Source of the DNA: an uncultured Clostridia bacterium
GTDB lineage: Bacteria > Bacillota > Clostridia > TANB77 > CAG-508
Direction: 5' to 3'
DNA: 41,795 bases
Assembly: GCA_944392085.1 (NCBI GenBank)
Contig: CALXVN010000002.1
Location: forward strand, 1 to 41,795
Shown: positions 1 to 10,306 of the stretch, one piece after another
Position numbering within the stretch: position 1 is the first letter of the stretch
How the letters are laid out: each line of letters starts with the position of its first letter
Program-made: the position numbers and the translations under genes
The notes under the pieces: model-generated
Told to the model about the DNA's origin: nothing
Databases searched by the model: none
The model's input: the letters and a program-made list of their open reading frames with translations, nothing else

Positions 1-2622
1 AAACCAGATGTAGAATCAATAGATGGATTATCTCCTGCAATTTCAATAGACCAAAAAACAACTTCAAGAAACCCTCGTTCTACAGTTGGAACTGTTACAG
101 AAATATATGATTATATTCGTCTTTTATATGCTAGAATTGGTGTTCCATATTGTCCAAAATGTGGTAAGAAAATAGAAAAACAAACAATAGACCAAATAAT
201 AGATTCTATTTTAGAATTAGAAGAAGGTACAAGAATTCAAGTATTAGCACCAGTTGTAAGAGGAAGAAAAGGTGAATTTACAAAATTATTAGAAGATTTT
301 CAAAAAGAAGGATTTGTAAGAGCAAGAGTAGATGGGGAAACAGTTGAACTTTCTGATGATTTAGAAATAGATAGAAAGAAAAAACACAATATAGAGCTTA
401 TAGTAGATAGACTAGTTATAAAAGAAGATATAAGAAGTAGATTAACTGAATCTGTTGAAGTTGCTTTGAAACATGCAAATAATATAGTTATAATAGAAGA
501 TGCTACAAACAAAAAAGAAATGTTATTTAGCCAAAATTATGCATGTCCTGATTGTGGTATTAGCTTTGAAGAATTAACACCTAGAATGTTTTCATTTAAC
601 AATCCTTTTGGAGCATGTCCTACTTGTACAGGTATAGGATATTTAATGAAAATGGATGAAGATTTAATTATTCCAGATAGAAATAAAACTTTATATGATG
701 GAATAAAGGCATTTGGTGCAAGTACAATGAAAAAAGGCGACACTATGGCTAAAATGTATTTTGAAAGTATTGCTAAACATTATGGTGTAGAAATAAAAGA
801 TGTACCAATAAAGAAACTTCCAAAAGAATTTTTAGACAAAATATTATATGGTACTGGAGATGAAGAAATAGATTTTGAGTATTCATCACCAGCTGGAATT
901 CGTAAATTTAAAGCTCCATTTGAAGGAGTTATTCCAACATTAGAAAGACGTCACAATGAAACAAAATCACAAGGAATGCGTACTTTTTATGAGATGTATA
1001 TGAGTGATTCTCATTGCCCAGAATGTCATGGAGCGAGACTAAAAAAAGAAAGCTTAGCTGTAAAAGTTGGAGATAAAAATATAAATGAGCTTACAGATAT
1101 GTCTATAACTAAAATAAAGCGTTATTTAAATTCTTTAAATTTAAATAATAAAGATAAAATGATAGCTGACCAAATTTTTAAAGAATTAAATAAAAGATTG
1201 CAATTTTTAATTGATGTTGGTCTAGAGTATTTAACTTTATCAAGGAGTGCAGGAACTTTATCAGGAGGAGAGGCACAGCGTATTCGTTTAGCAACACAAA
1301 TTGGTTCAGGATTAACAGGTGTTTTATATATACTAGATGAACCAAGTATTGGTCTTCATCAAAGAGATAATGATAAGTTACTTTTAACACTTAAAAAATT
1401 GCGTGATTTGGGAAATACAGTTTTAGTAGTAGAACATGATGAAGATACAATGTATGCAGCAGACCAAATTATTGATATAGGTCCAGGTGCAGGAGTTCAT
1501 GGAGGAAAAGTAATGGCACAGGGAACAGCAGAAGAAATAAAGCTTGTTTCAGAATCTATTACAGGACAATATTTAAGTGGAAGAAAACAAATTTTGGTTC
1601 CTAAAAATAGAAGAAAATCAAATAGAAAATCAATAGAAGTAAAAGGTGCCATAGAAAATAATTTAAAAAATATTAATGTTAGATTTCCTCTTGGACAATT
1701 TGTGTGTGTTACAGGTGTTTCGGGTTCTGGGAAGAGTACACTTGTAAATGAAATATTGTATAAAACAATTGCAAGGGATTTAAATGGTTCTAATGAAAAA
1801 CCTGGAAAATGTAAAGAAGTAAAAGGAATAGAAAATATAGATAAAATAATTAATATTGACCAATCTCCTATTGGAAGAACTCCACGTTCAAATCCAGCAA
1901 CATATACAGGAGTATTTGATATAATTCGTGATATATTTGCAGGAACAAATGAAGCTAAACTACGAGGCTATGAAAAAGGAAGATTTAGTTTTAACGTAGC
2001 AGGAGGAAGATGTGAGGCATGTAATGGAGATGGAATTATTAAAATAGAAATGCACTTTTTACCAGACATATATGTTCCTTGTGAAGTATGTAAAGGAAAA
2101 AGATACAATAAAGAAACATTAGAGGTAAAATATAAAGGAAAAACAATTTCAGATGTTCTTGATATGACAGTTGAAGAAGCTTTGGAATTCTTTAAAAACA
2201 TACCTAGAATAAAAGACAAGATTCAAACATTATATGATGTAGGTCTTGGATATATAAAACTAGGACAACCATCAACAACATTATCAGGAGGAGAAGCACA
2301 ACGTATAAAACTTGCAACAGAACTTTCAAAGAGAGCTACTGGTAAAACTTTATATATTTTAGACGAGCCAACTACTGGACTTCACATTGCCGATGTTCAT
2401 AGATTAGTCGATATTTTACAAAGATTAGTGGACACAGGAAACAGTATTATAGTAATTGAACATAATTTAGACTTAATAAAAACAGCAGACTACTTAATAG
2501 ACTTAGGACCAGAAGGTGGAGAAGGCGGAGGAGAAGTAGTGGCAGTAGGAACTCCAGAGCAAATAGTAAAAAATGATAGAAGTTATACAGGAAAGTTTTT
2601 GAAAAAGTATTTGGAAAGATAA
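1..2622 (+). CDS. uvrA: Excinuclease ABC subunit A (UvrA), 5' end outside window
   Basis: Frame 1 is open from nt 1 ([20 protein letters not shown]...), upstream of the first Met in the ORF track. Two ABC modules (Walker [10 protein letters not shown], two LSGGEAQR signatures, ILDEP Walker B twice) and CxxC zinc-finger pairs. TAA stop at 2620-2622. Confidence 0.97.
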   Translation, partial: KPDVESIDGLSPAISIDQKTTSRNPRSTVGTVTEIYDYIRLLYARIGVPYCPKCGKKIEKQTIDQIIDSILELEEGTRIQVLAPVVRGRKGEFTKLLEDFQKEGFVRARVDGETVELSDDLEIDRKKKHNIELIVDRLVIKEDIRSRLTESVEVALKHANNIVIIEDATNKKEMLFSQNYACPDCGISFEELTPRMFSFNNPFGACPTCTGIGYLMKMDEDLIIPDRNKTLYDGIKAFGASTMKKGDTMAKMYFESIAKHYGVEIKDVPIKKLPKEFLDKILYGTGDEEIDFEYSSPAGIRKFKAPFEGVIPTLERRHNETKSQGMRTFYEMYMSDSHCPECHGARLKKESLAVKVGDKNINELTDMSITKIKRYLNSLNLNNKDKMIADQIFKELNKRLQFLIDVGLEYLTLSRSAGTLSGGEAQRIRLATQIGSGLTGVLYILDEPSIGLHQRDNDKLLLTLKKLRDLGNTVLVVEHDEDTMYAADQIIDIGPGAGVHGGKVMAQGTAEEIKLVSESITGQYLSGRKQILVPKNRRKSNRKSIEVKGAIENNLKNINVRFPLGQFVCVTGVSGSGKSTLVNEILYKTIARDLNGSNEKPGKCKEVKGIENIDKIINIDQSPIGRTPRSNPATYTGVFDIIRDIFAGTNEAKLRGYEKGRFSFNVAGGRCEACNGDGIIKIEMHFLPDIYVPCEVCKGKRYNKETLEVKYKGKTISDVLDMTVEEALEFFKNIPRIKDKIQTLYDVGLGYIKLGQPSTTLSGGEAQRIKLATELSKRATGKTLYILDEPTTGLHIADVHRLVDILQRLVDTGNSIIVIEHNLDLIKTADYLIDLGPEGGEGGGEVVAVGTPEQIVKNDRSYTGKFLKKYLER

Positions 2623-2643
2623 ATTTAATTATAAAATGAAGGA

Positions 2644-3447
2644 ATGAAAAAATTGGAAATTAGTAAATTGGAAGATTTTATTGCACAAATGCCAAAGGAA
2701 CTTCCAAGCATTACGCACAAAGCAAGAACTTTATATATAGAGTTAGGGAAAAGAAGTTTTTATGATAGAGATTTTGAAAGCTTAATGTTTGGAGAGGAAG
2801 AACAATATTCTATTTATTCAGATAAACCATATGCATCACCAAACATAATCGTCTGTACAACATTAATAAAACAATACAAATCGCTATTAGATATGGTTAA
2901 TATACGAAATAAAATTCTAATAGACAATTTAGGTCATTATTCTTTAGTGTATTATGATGAAAATGGACAAGAAATTTTTACAGATTTAACTCAAGATTTA
3001 AAAAATATACAATTTAATTGTAGGACATCATATTTTGGCAAAGACCAATTTTCAGATAAGACGATTAGAGATATTGATATCTTAATAGGATATATAACAA
3101 ATAGACGAGGATATTCAGATGATTATTGGGATATGTTAAAACAAAGATTAGATAGCAGTAAATTAAGTGATAGAAGTAAATTAGAATTAACCTTAGCTAG
3201 CCTAAAAGAATTTGGAGATTTAACTAAATTAGGAGAAGCAGAACTTGCCTCTTTATATAACAAATTTGTGAAATATTGTATAGGCGGTAATGCAAACATA
3301 GCATTTTATTCTATACGAAGTAGTACTGGTGAACAAAATTTTGTAGAGCTAAGAGAAAAAAATAAAATTAGAAGATATAAATTAAATAAAGCTACTCTTG
3401 AATTTGAACTAGATAAGATAATAGAAAGAGATGAAATTTCAAAGTAA
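2644..3447 (+). CDS. Hypothetical protein, 267 aa, no recognisable motif
   Basis: Long ORF 22 nt after the uvrA stop, purine-rich stretch (aaatgaagga) just upstream of the ATG, followed by a hairpin. No family recognised by eye. Confidence 0.6.
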   Translation: MKKLEISKLEDFIAQMPKELPSITHKARTLYIELGKRSFYDRDFESLMFGEEEQYSIYSDKPYASPNIIVCTTLIKQYKSLLDMVNIRNKILIDNLGHYSLVYYDENGQEIFTDLTQDLKNIQFNCRTSYFGKDQFSDKTIRDIDILIGYITNRRGYSDDYWDMLKQRLDSSKLSDRSKLELTLASLKEFGDLTKLGEAELASLYNKFVKYCIGGNANIAFYSIRSSTGEQNFVELREKNKIRRYKLNKATLEFELDKIIERDEISK

Positions 3448-3457
3448 CTTATAATTA

Positions 3458-3483
3458 AAGCACCGTTATAATAAGCGGTGCCT
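3458..3483. terminator. Stem-loop after the 2644-3447 ORF
   Basis: gcaccg (3460-3465), 10-nt loop, cggtgc (3476-3481), flanked by A/T. Weak T-tract. Confidence 0.45.
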
Positions 3484-3668
3484 TAATTAATATTAGGAAT
3501 TTATTTTGCTTCATTATTAGGAGTATTTTTTTTATTTCCTTTTTTCTTATCTTTTTTATTATTTGTATTTTCAGCCATTTAAGATGCACCTCCAATCTTA
3601 ATAAAAGTATGAGCAGAATAAATTTTTTTATACCAAATAAATTAAAAATACTTTTTTTGCAAAACTTT

Positions 3669-3700
3669 AGGAGACATATGTTAAAACACATATGCCTCCT
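3669..3700 (-). terminator. Hairpin just downstream of the minus-strand gene 3707-4099
   Basis: aggagacatatgt (3669-3681) pairs with acatatgcctcct (3688-3700), 12/13 matches, 6-nt loop. Lies 7 nt after the stop codon on the minus strand. Confidence 0.55.
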
Positions 3701-3706
3701 AAAGTG

Positions 3707-4099
3707 CTAGTTACTGAACCAGATTACGTCAATCTGGTCATAAATCTGTGCGATAAGGTCATCACAGATTTCTTCTGTACTGGATGTGCTATAATCAATG
3801 GTGAATTCAAACTCATTTAAGTAAGGGTTGTCATACAACGGAAAGTCGACAATATCATTTATTTGGTCCTCAATAATATATCTAGGTACATCTGTATGAA
3901 GTAACTCTTTTACTTCAATAAGTCTTCCGCGAAGTTCACTTAATTTTTCTACTGCCATTTTCCGATCTACTTCGTCAAAAACTTGGGCAATTCTTGCAGA
4001 AGTCTTCTGTCCTTCATAGTACAAGAGTATAGAATTTGTTGTAATAGTAACAAAAAGCGCAAGAAAAATGGTGATGATTAAGTATTTGTAGTTTTTCAT
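3707..4099 (-). CDS. Small N-terminally membrane-anchored hypothetical protein (130 aa)
   Basis: Start moved to the internal ATG at 4099, which has a GGAGGAG RBS (ctggaggagtcaaaaATG). N-terminal hydrophobic helix LIITIFLALFVTITT. Locally higher G+C than its neighbours by eye. Contains one of only two intact in-frame CGG codons in the window (3962-3964). Confidence 0.7.
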   Translation of the reverse strand: MKNYKYLIITIFLALFVTITTNSILLYYEGQKTSARIAQVFDEVDRKMAVEKLSELRGRLIEVKELLHTDVPRYIIEDQINDIVDFPLYDNPYLNEFEFTIDYSTSSTEEICDDLIAQIYDQIDVIWFSN

Positions 4100-4311
4100 T
4101 TTTGACTCCTCCAGTATAGAAAAAAATATTGTTGGAAGGTTATTCCAATACATATATTATACAACATTATGTCAAATAAGTAAAGCTTTTCAAAAGTTGA
4201 AAATTATGGATTTTTATAAAATTATATACCTCAAAGTTAGTTATATGTACATTTTAAATCTTCCATAACTATTAATTTGTAAGTCTGGAGAAAAAAGCAA
4301 CATACTAGACA

Positions 4312-4339
4312 TTGATTTTGTTAAAATTTGTGATATAAT
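4312..4339 (+). promoter_or_regulatory. Sigma-A-type promoter with extended -10
   Basis: ttgatt (4312-4317), 16-nt spacer, TGa-tataat (-10 at 4334-4339). Confidence 0.5.
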
Positions 4340-4369
4340 CGTATGGAAAAAACTGAAAGGAAAAATAAT

Positions 4370-5050
4370 ATGAACAATATAGTTATAGGAATAGAAGGAT
4401 TAGTAGGAGCGGGAAAAACTTCAATATGTAGAGAATTATTAAAATATATTCCAAACAGTATTATATTGCATGGGGGAAATTTATATAGGGGAATTATATT
4501 TGATCTTATGAGCAAAAAAGGAATTGATTTATTAAATTTGAAATCTAATATACAAAATATAGATATAAAAGATTTAATGGACAAGTTAAAAATAGAAATA
4601 AAAGTAGAAAATAGAGAAAGTGTAATATATGTAAACGGAATAAAAATCGATGAAGAAGATTTACAATCAAAAGAAGCTTCTATGGCAGTATCTATAGCAG
4701 GAGAAAGTGCAGATAATACACATTTATATGTTTTTGCAAGAAATTTAATTGATGGATATAAAGAAAAGTTTAATGTTATTGTATCTGGAAGAGATTTAAT
4801 GAAAATTTATCCAGATTTAGATTATCATTTTTTAATAACCGCTTCTTTAGAAGAAAGAATAAAAAGAAAAATGATTCAATATGGAAACAACGCAAATTAT
4901 GAGGAAATAAAACAAAATATCTTAAAAAGAGATGGACTTCAAGAAAAGGCAGGATATTATAAAGTTTATGAAAATACTATTGAAATTGATGTAACTGATT
5001 GTAAATCAGTAGAAGAATCTACAAAAAAAGTATTGGATTATATTAAATAG
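4370..5050 (+). CDS. P-loop nucleotide kinase, cytidylate-kinase-like family
   Basis: N-terminal P-loop IGIEGLVGAGKTS. C-terminal block FLITASLEERIKRK...ILKRD resembles the Cmk family. Start set at 4370 because the ATG at 4343 lies only 3 nt after the predicted -10 element. Confidence 0.65.
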   Translation: MNNIVIGIEGLVGAGKTSICRELLKYIPNSIILHGGNLYRGIIFDLMSKKGIDLLNLKSNIQNIDIKDLMDKLKIEIKVENRESVIYVNGIKIDEEDLQSKEASMAVSIAGESADNTHLYVFARNLIDGYKEKFNVIVSGRDLMKIYPDLDYHFLITASLEERIKRKMIQYGNNANYEEIKQNILKRDGLQEKAGYYKVYENTIEIDVTDCKSVEESTKKVLDYIK

Positions 5051-5150
5051 AGATAATAATTTTTAATTGTAGTAAGATATGAACATATATACTTTGAAAA
5101 TAATATGATAAAGAGGAAGAAATTTGTGCATAGAAAGGAATTATGTAAAA

Positions 5151-6554
5151 ATGGAAAATTTAAAATTAAAAGCATTTGAGAATAACATAAGAGGTAAAAG
5201 AGTAGCAGTTATTGGCTTAGGTGTAAGTAATGTGCCTTTAATAGATTATTTGCACGATTTAGGCGCAAATGTTACAGTATTTGATGAAATAATAGATGAA
5301 AGATTTTTAGATAAAGATTTAGTAAAAAAGATTAAAGATTATAGATTTGATTTAGTAACTGGTGAAAATGCTTTACACTTTTTAAGAGGCTTTAAAATTA
5401 TATTTCGCTCACCTAGTTGTTTGCCAAGTACATTGCAATTACGTTCAGAACAAAAAAGAGGTGCTATTGTAACATCGGAAATAGAAATGCTTATGAATAT
5501 TTGTCCTTGTAAGATTATAGGAGTTACAGGTAGTGACGGAAAAACAACAACTACATCATTAATTTATGAAATATTAAAAGAGGGTGGATATAACTGCCAT
5601 CTAGGTGGCAATATAGGTATACCATTATTTACAAAGGTAAAAGATTTTAAGGAAGATGATATAGTTGTATTAGAATTAAGCAGTTTTCAATTAATGGAAA
5701 TGGAAGTAAGCCCTGACATTTCTGTAATTACAAATATTTCTCCAAACCATTTAGATAAGCACAAAGATTATGATGAATATATAGAAGCTAAAAAAGCAAT
5801 ATTTAAATTTCAAGGTGAAGATGGCAAAGTTGTACTTAATTATGATAATAAAGTTACTAAAGAATGTAGCAAAGAGGTTGAGGGTAAAGTAGTATTCTTT
5901 AGTAGCAAGGAAAAACTTGAAGATGGTGTTATATATGATAAAGGTATAATAAAAGAATGCAAAGATGGTGTTAGAAAGCATATTATAGATACAAATGATA
6001 TACATCTAAGAGGAGTACATAATTATGAAAATGTGTGCGCTGCAATTGCTGCTACATCAGAATTAGTTGATACTGAAACACAAGTAAGAGCATTAAAGAA
6101 TTTTAAAGGAGTTGAACATAGGTTAGAGTTTGTAAGAGAATTAGATGGAGTAAAATGGTATAATGATTCAATAGGAACTAGTCCTTCAAGAACTATAGCA
6201 GGATTAAATTCTTTTAAAGAAAAAATTGTTTTAATAGCTGGTGGATATGATAAAAATTTAGATTATGGACCACTTGCAAAACCAATATTAGAAAAAGTTA
6301 CAAAATTAGTTCTTATGGGAAAAACTTCTCAAAAAATATTTGATGCTGTTACAACTGAAATTGCAAAAGATCCAGATGTTGTTTTTCCAATTTACAGAGT
6401 TAATACATTAGAAGATGCTGTAAATAGAGCAAGACAGCTTGCAAAACCAGGTGAAGTTGTTCTATTTTCGCCAGCAAGTGCAAGTTTTGACATGTTTAGA
6501 AATTTTGCTGAAAGAGGAAAAGAATTTAAAAAATTTGTTAATGAATTAAAGTAA
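5151..6554 (+). CDS. murD: UDP-N-acetylmuramoyl-L-alanine--D-glutamate ligase
   Basis: N-terminal Rossmann-like VAVIGLGVSN, Mur ligase P-loop GVTGSDGKTTTTSL, NISPNHLD, and HRLE...WYNDS...GG.DK blocks typical of MurD. Start at the ATG at 5151 rather than the upstream TTG at 5124. Confidence 0.93.
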   Translation: MENLKLKAFENNIRGKRVAVIGLGVSNVPLIDYLHDLGANVTVFDEIIDERFLDKDLVKKIKDYRFDLVTGENALHFLRGFKIIFRSPSCLPSTLQLRSEQKRGAIVTSEIEMLMNICPCKIIGVTGSDGKTTTTSLIYEILKEGGYNCHLGGNIGIPLFTKVKDFKEDDIVVLELSSFQLMEMEVSPDISVITNISPNHLDKHKDYDEYIEAKKAIFKFQGEDGKVVLNYDNKVTKECSKEVEGKVVFFSSKEKLEDGVIYDKGIIKECKDGVRKHIIDTNDIHLRGVHNYENVCAAIAATSELVDTETQVRALKNFKGVEHRLEFVRELDGVKWYNDSIGTSPSRTIAGLNSFKEKIVLIAGGYDKNLDYGPLAKPILEKVTKLVLMGKTSQKIFDAVTTEIAKDPDVVFPIYRVNTLEDAVNRARQLAKPGEVVLFSPASASFDMFRNFAERGKEFKKFVNELK

Positions 6555-6664
6555 GGTGCTATAATTCAAAGTTTTTATGCTGTAACAAAAGCAAGATAAT
6601 ATACATAAATTTCACTTTTTAAAAAAATAATGCATATTATATACAAAGTATAAGGAGGTATAAT

Positions 6665-7297
6665 ATGTATTATCAAAATTATGAAGATTATATGAGAAGT
6701 ATATTAGGTTATCATATTCAAGAACAAAATTTATTTTCAAATACATATAGTAATTATAACAATATGGAATATGAACACATTACACAAATGCCTAGATATA
6801 GTAAGGAAATTTTAGACTTATATCCAGAAATATATAAAATTGTAAATCCTATGGTATGCAAATTGTGTGAAGCTAATACAAAGCCAATTACAAAGGAATT
6901 ATTAGAGCAAATGACAGAAGAAATATATTTAAATATTGAAAGTGATCCATCAGAATATGTAAGCCAAGTGGTAAATGTGAAAGTTAATTTGCCAAATCAG
7001 GAAGAAAAAAGACAGGGAAAAAATATAGCAAGCAATAGTGTAAATTCACCAAAAGCAACTATAACAAGAAAAGAAAATAGAGTGGAAGAAAAAATAAATA
7101 CAGAAAATAGGCAGGTAAGAAGAAATAATAATACATTAAGAGATTTAATAAAAATTCTAATATTAAATCAATTATTAGGTGGAAACTTAAGACCAATGCC
7201 TAGACCACCACGTCCACCATTTCCTATGAGACCTGAAATAAATCCAATTCCTCCTAGGCCACAACCTAGAAGCGAACACAATAATTTTTTTATGTAA
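6665..7297 (+). CDS. Hypothetical protein with proline-rich C-terminus (RPMPRPPRPPFPMRPEINPIPPRPQPR)
   Basis: Strong RBS (taaggaggtataatATG). A CATAnnnTA-like mother-cell-type -10 element (gcatattata) lies about 30 nt upstream, so a spore-coat role is possible but unproven. Confidence 0.65.
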   Translation: MYYQNYEDYMRSILGYHIQEQNLFSNTYSNYNNMEYEHITQMPRYSKEILDLYPEIYKIVNPMVCKLCEANTKPITKELLEQMTEEIYLNIESDPSEYVSQVVNVKVNLPNQEEKRQGKNIASNSVNSPKATITRKENRVEEKINTENRQVRRNNNTLRDLIKILILNQLLGGNLRPMPRPPRPPFPMRPEINPIPPRPQPRSEHNNFFM

Positions 7298-7356
7298 TTA
7301 GCAAGAACAAAAAGTAAGCGAGGTTACTTTGTTCTCAAAAATTTGGAAAAATTTTC

Positions 7357-7396
7357 TAAGATATGTAATTATAATTTGCATATCTTAATTTTTTTT
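7357..7396 (+). terminator. Rho-independent terminator
   Basis: taagatatg (7357-7365) pairs with catatctta (7379-7387), followed by a T-run at 7389-7396. Confidence 0.75.
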
Positions 7397-7515
7397 GCAG
7401 ATAATAATAGTGTTGAAAAAGTTTTTCAATAATATTATGTACTTTTTTAAATTGCATACTAAAATATTGTGCTAAGAAAATAAATTTTTAATGTTTCAAA
7501 ATTAAGGAGGTTTCT

Positions 7516-7953
7516 ATGAAGGTTAAAGATTGTATGTGTAAAAATGTGGTTTTCGTAAAACCTGATTGTGATACAGAAGAATGTGCTAAATTAATGTGTC
7601 AAAATCATATTGGATGTATTCCTGTTTGTGATGATTCTAAAAAAGTTGTTGGATTAATTACAGATAGGGATATATTATTAAGAACAATTGGATGCGGAAA
7701 AGAAATAAAAAATACACCAATAAGTGAAATAATGACTTGTAATATAAATTGGTGTACACCAGAAACTGATGTTTGTGATGCAGAAAAAACAATGTCTAAT
7801 AATCAAATAAGAAGAATACCTGTAATGGAAAATAACAAAATAGTAGGTATTTTAACATTAGGAGATTTAGCAAAAAATAAAGAAATCGACACAGAAGATG
7901 TTGGAATTACTTTAGAAGATATTTGTCATTGTGATAAAAAGAACGCAGAGTAA
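7516..7953 (+). CDS. CBS-domain pair protein (145 aa, Cys-rich)
   Basis: RBS aaggagg 6 nt upstream. Two CBS-like repeats (VVGLITDRDILLR; IVGILTLGDLAK). Confidence 0.85.
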   Translation: MKVKDCMCKNVVFVKPDCDTEECAKLMCQNHIGCIPVCDDSKKVVGLITDRDILLRTIGCGKEIKNTPISEIMTCNINWCTPETDVCDAEKTMSNNQIRRIPVMENNKIVGILTLGDLAKNKEIDTEDVGITLEDICHCDKKNAE

Positions 7954-7974
7954 ATAGTTACTATTTCATTTGAT

Positions 7975-8243
7975 AGTTACAACTCATAGCCAAAATTGTT
8001 ATATTTTTTTTACGAAAGCCAGTAATAGTAATAAAAAATTATAAGAATATGGAATGGAATGTGATTTGAAGTTAGAAATTCTTGATTAATTTTATGGAAA
8101 GAGTTCATCTATGATGGAAGGGTGCCATAAAATTAATTTAGAATTTCTACGAAAATCAGCTTGACCGACATATTCGAAATGATTTTTTATTACTATTACT
8201 GGCTTTTACTACATAACTTAAAATTTGGTTGTGAGTTGTAACT
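7975..8243. repeat. 269-nt imperfect inverted repeat (long hairpin element), possible structured RNA or MITE-like element
   Basis: Three paired blocks: 7975-7997 with 8221-8243, 8015-8039 with 8182-8206 (25/25 perfect), and 8074-8097 with 8125-8148 (22/24). The apical loop is 27 nt. See findings. Confidence 0.8.
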
Positions 8244-8385
8244 TCTTATAATTTAGTTAAACTATATCAATTCTAATATATAAGATTTCAATAGTAATTT
8301 ATAAGTTATGTTTTTTAGAATAAAAACTATTTTTAAGCATAAAATAAATAAAGGACAAGTATTTTTAAGAGAGGAATTTACATAT

Positions 8386-9480
8386 ATGGTTATAGATATG
8401 AACTATTGGAATAAAGTTCTAAAAAATATATTCATATTAACATTAAGTATAATTATTGTATATTTTAGTTTTAAATTAGCTGTATTTTTTATGCCTTTTT
8501 TAGTAGCTTTTGTTATTTCATTAATGTTAGAACCTATTATAAAATTTATAATGAAAAAAACAAAGCTAACTCGTAGGACAAGTTCTATCATCGTATTTAT
8601 AATTGCAATAGTTATAATATGTGGAATATTAGTATGGGGAATAACAACTCTTATTTCTGAAGCAAGCAGTTTGCTTACAAATTTAAACACATATATTGAT
8701 ACTGGATATGATATGTTTCAAACACTAGTATCAAGTATTGATTTAAGTAAAATAAATGTTCCAGAAGAAGTTATGAATATAGTTCAAAATTCAGGAATGG
8801 AATTTTTAGAAACTGCAACAGACTGGGCAAAAGGTGTACTTACGAATGTAATAAATTTTATAACTTCTATGCCAACATTAGGAGTATATACAGGTATAGC
8901 ATTAATTGCACTATATTTTATATGTGTAGACAAAATATATATGATAGATCAATTAGAGCATCATCTGCCAGAAACATGGGTAAAACGAATAAGTGTACAT
9001 TTAAGAACACTTGTTAAATCATTAGGTGGTTATTTAAAAGCAGAATTAATTTTAGTTTTAATTTCTTTTTTTATATCATTAATAGGTCTATACATTTTTT
9101 ATTTTATAGGTTGGAATATAGAATTTCCTTTAATTATTGCAATAGGAATAGCATTTATTGATGCACTTCCTATTTTCGGCTCAGGAACTGTAATGATACC
9201 TTGGGCGGGAATTCTTGCTTTTTCAGGAGATATGAAGCTTGCAATAGGAATATTTGTATTATGGTGCATAATGAGCATAGTAAGACAATTTATAGAACCT
9301 AGAATTGTAAGTGGACAGATAGGAATACATCCCATTTTTACACTAATTGCAATGTATACAGGTTTTAGATTTTTAGGTGTATGGGGACTTTTATTAGGTC
9401 CAATAGTGCTTATTATATTAAAAAATATATATGGTACAGTAATTGATAGAGGAGTGGTTAAATCTATTTTGGAGAGGTAA
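8386..9480 (+). CDS. ytvI: AI-2E family transporter / sporulation integral membrane protein YtvI-like
   Basis: Polytopic membrane protein with the conserved DALPIFGSGTVMIPW block of the PerM/AI-2E family. Start placed at the ATG at 8386 behind gagagg. Confidence 0.75.
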   Translation: MVIDMNYWNKVLKNIFILTLSIIIVYFSFKLAVFFMPFLVAFVISLMLEPIIKFIMKKTKLTRRTSSIIVFIIAIVIICGILVWGITTLISEASSLLTNLNTYIDTGYDMFQTLVSSIDLSKINVPEEVMNIVQNSGMEFLETATDWAKGVLTNVINFITSMPTLGVYTGIALIALYFICVDKIYMIDQLEHHLPETWVKRISVHLRTLVKSLGGYLKAELILVLISFFISLIGLYIFYFIGWNIEFPLIIAIGIAFIDALPIFGSGTVMIPWAGILAFSGDMKLAIGIFVLWCIMSIVRQFIEPRIVSGQIGIHPIFTLIAMYTGFRFLGVWGLLLGPIVLIILKNIYGTVIDRGVVKSILER

Positions 9481-9584
9481 AGCAGGTGCTTTTGACGGAG
9501 CAAAAAAACCTTACTTACAGTAATTGAAGTCTATCTTACTATATGATATAATTTATCTGTAGTTATAAAAGAAGGAGAAATATT

Positions 9585-9629
9585 ATGGAAAATGTAATAA
9601 AAATTGGTTTAGGAGTTATGATAAAATGA
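9585..9629 (+). CDS. Candidate 14-aa upstream ORF (MENVIKIGLGVMIK) overlapping the response-regulator start
   Basis: Strong RBS (gaaggagaaatattATG). Its TGA stop overlaps the regulator ATG (aaATGA). Confidence 0.3.
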   Translation: MENVIKIGLGVMIK

Positions 9630-10306
9630 AAATACTAATTATTGAAGATAATAAGCCTATAGCAGATGGTCTAAAATTCTCATTGGAAAAAGAAAAATAT
9701 ATTGTTTTTGTAAGTCAAAATTTAAAAGATGCTACAAGAGAACTTAAAAATAATAAGTTTAATTTAATCATATTAGATATAATGCTACCTGATGGAGATG
9801 GAATGGAGTTTTGTAAATACATAAAAGGAGATTTAGATATTCCTGTAATACTCTTAACAGCAAAAGATAAAGAAAGTGATATAGTTAAAGGATTTAATTT
9901 AGGTGCTGATGACTATATTATAAAACCTTTTAGAATTGGAGAATTAATTGCAAGGATAAATAATGCTCTTAGAAAATACAATCAAGTTGAAAATATTGTA
10001 GAGATAAATAATGTAACATTTAATTTAGATAAAATGATTGTATATAAAAATAATAAAGAGGTTATGCTTACAAGTTTAGAATGGAGAATTTTAAATACTT
10101 TATTAAATTCAAGTGGTTGTATTGTTTCGAGAGAAAAGCTATTGAATCTTGCTTGTGATGTAAGAGGAAATTTTATTAATGATAATTCTCTTACCGTATA
10201 TATAAAAAGATTACGTAAAAAAATAGAAGATGATATAAATAATCCAAAAATTATTAAAACAATAAAAGGAATAGGATATAAAATAGAAAATGCAAATAAT
10301 AAATAG
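9626..10306 (+). CDS. OmpR-family response regulator
   Basis: Receiver domain (ILIIEDN, DIMLPDGDG, acidic pocket) plus a winged-helix C-terminus (LTSLEWRILN...IKTIKGIGYK). Confidence 0.93.
   Translation: MKILIIEDNKPIADGLKFSLEKEKYIVFVSQNLKDATRELKNNKFNLIILDIMLPDGDGMEFCKYIKGDLDIPVILLTAKDKESDIVKGFNLGADDYIIKPFRIGELIARINNALRKYNQVENIVEINNVTFNLDKMIVYKNNKEVMLTSLEWRILNTLLNSSGCIVSREKLLNLACDVRGNFINDNSLTVYIKRLRKKIEDDINNPKIIKTIKGIGYKIENANNK

Noticed and set aside
300-2219. Minus-strand ORFs of 68-83 aa inside uvrA (300-512, 537-743, 1178-1390, 1968-2219)
   Set aside because: These are antisense shadow ORFs within a strongly supported gene, with low-complexity hydrophobic translations and no RBS.
2688-2699. 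12-nt match (ttattgcacaaa) to the att arm inside the 2644-3447 CDS
   Set aside because: It is isolated, lies within coding sequence (DFIAQM) and has no partner arm. It is kept as a caution about chance recurrence rather than counted as a site.
3455-3691. 78-aa minus-strand ORF in the 3448-3706 gap
   Set aside because: Lys/Ile-rich low-complexity translation of AT-rich spacer. It overlaps two terminator hairpins and has no RBS.
4343-4369. The upstream ATG at 4343 as the start of the kinase-like gene
   Set aside because: It lies only 3 nt after the predicted -10 box. The conserved P-loop N-terminus begins right after the ATG at 4370.
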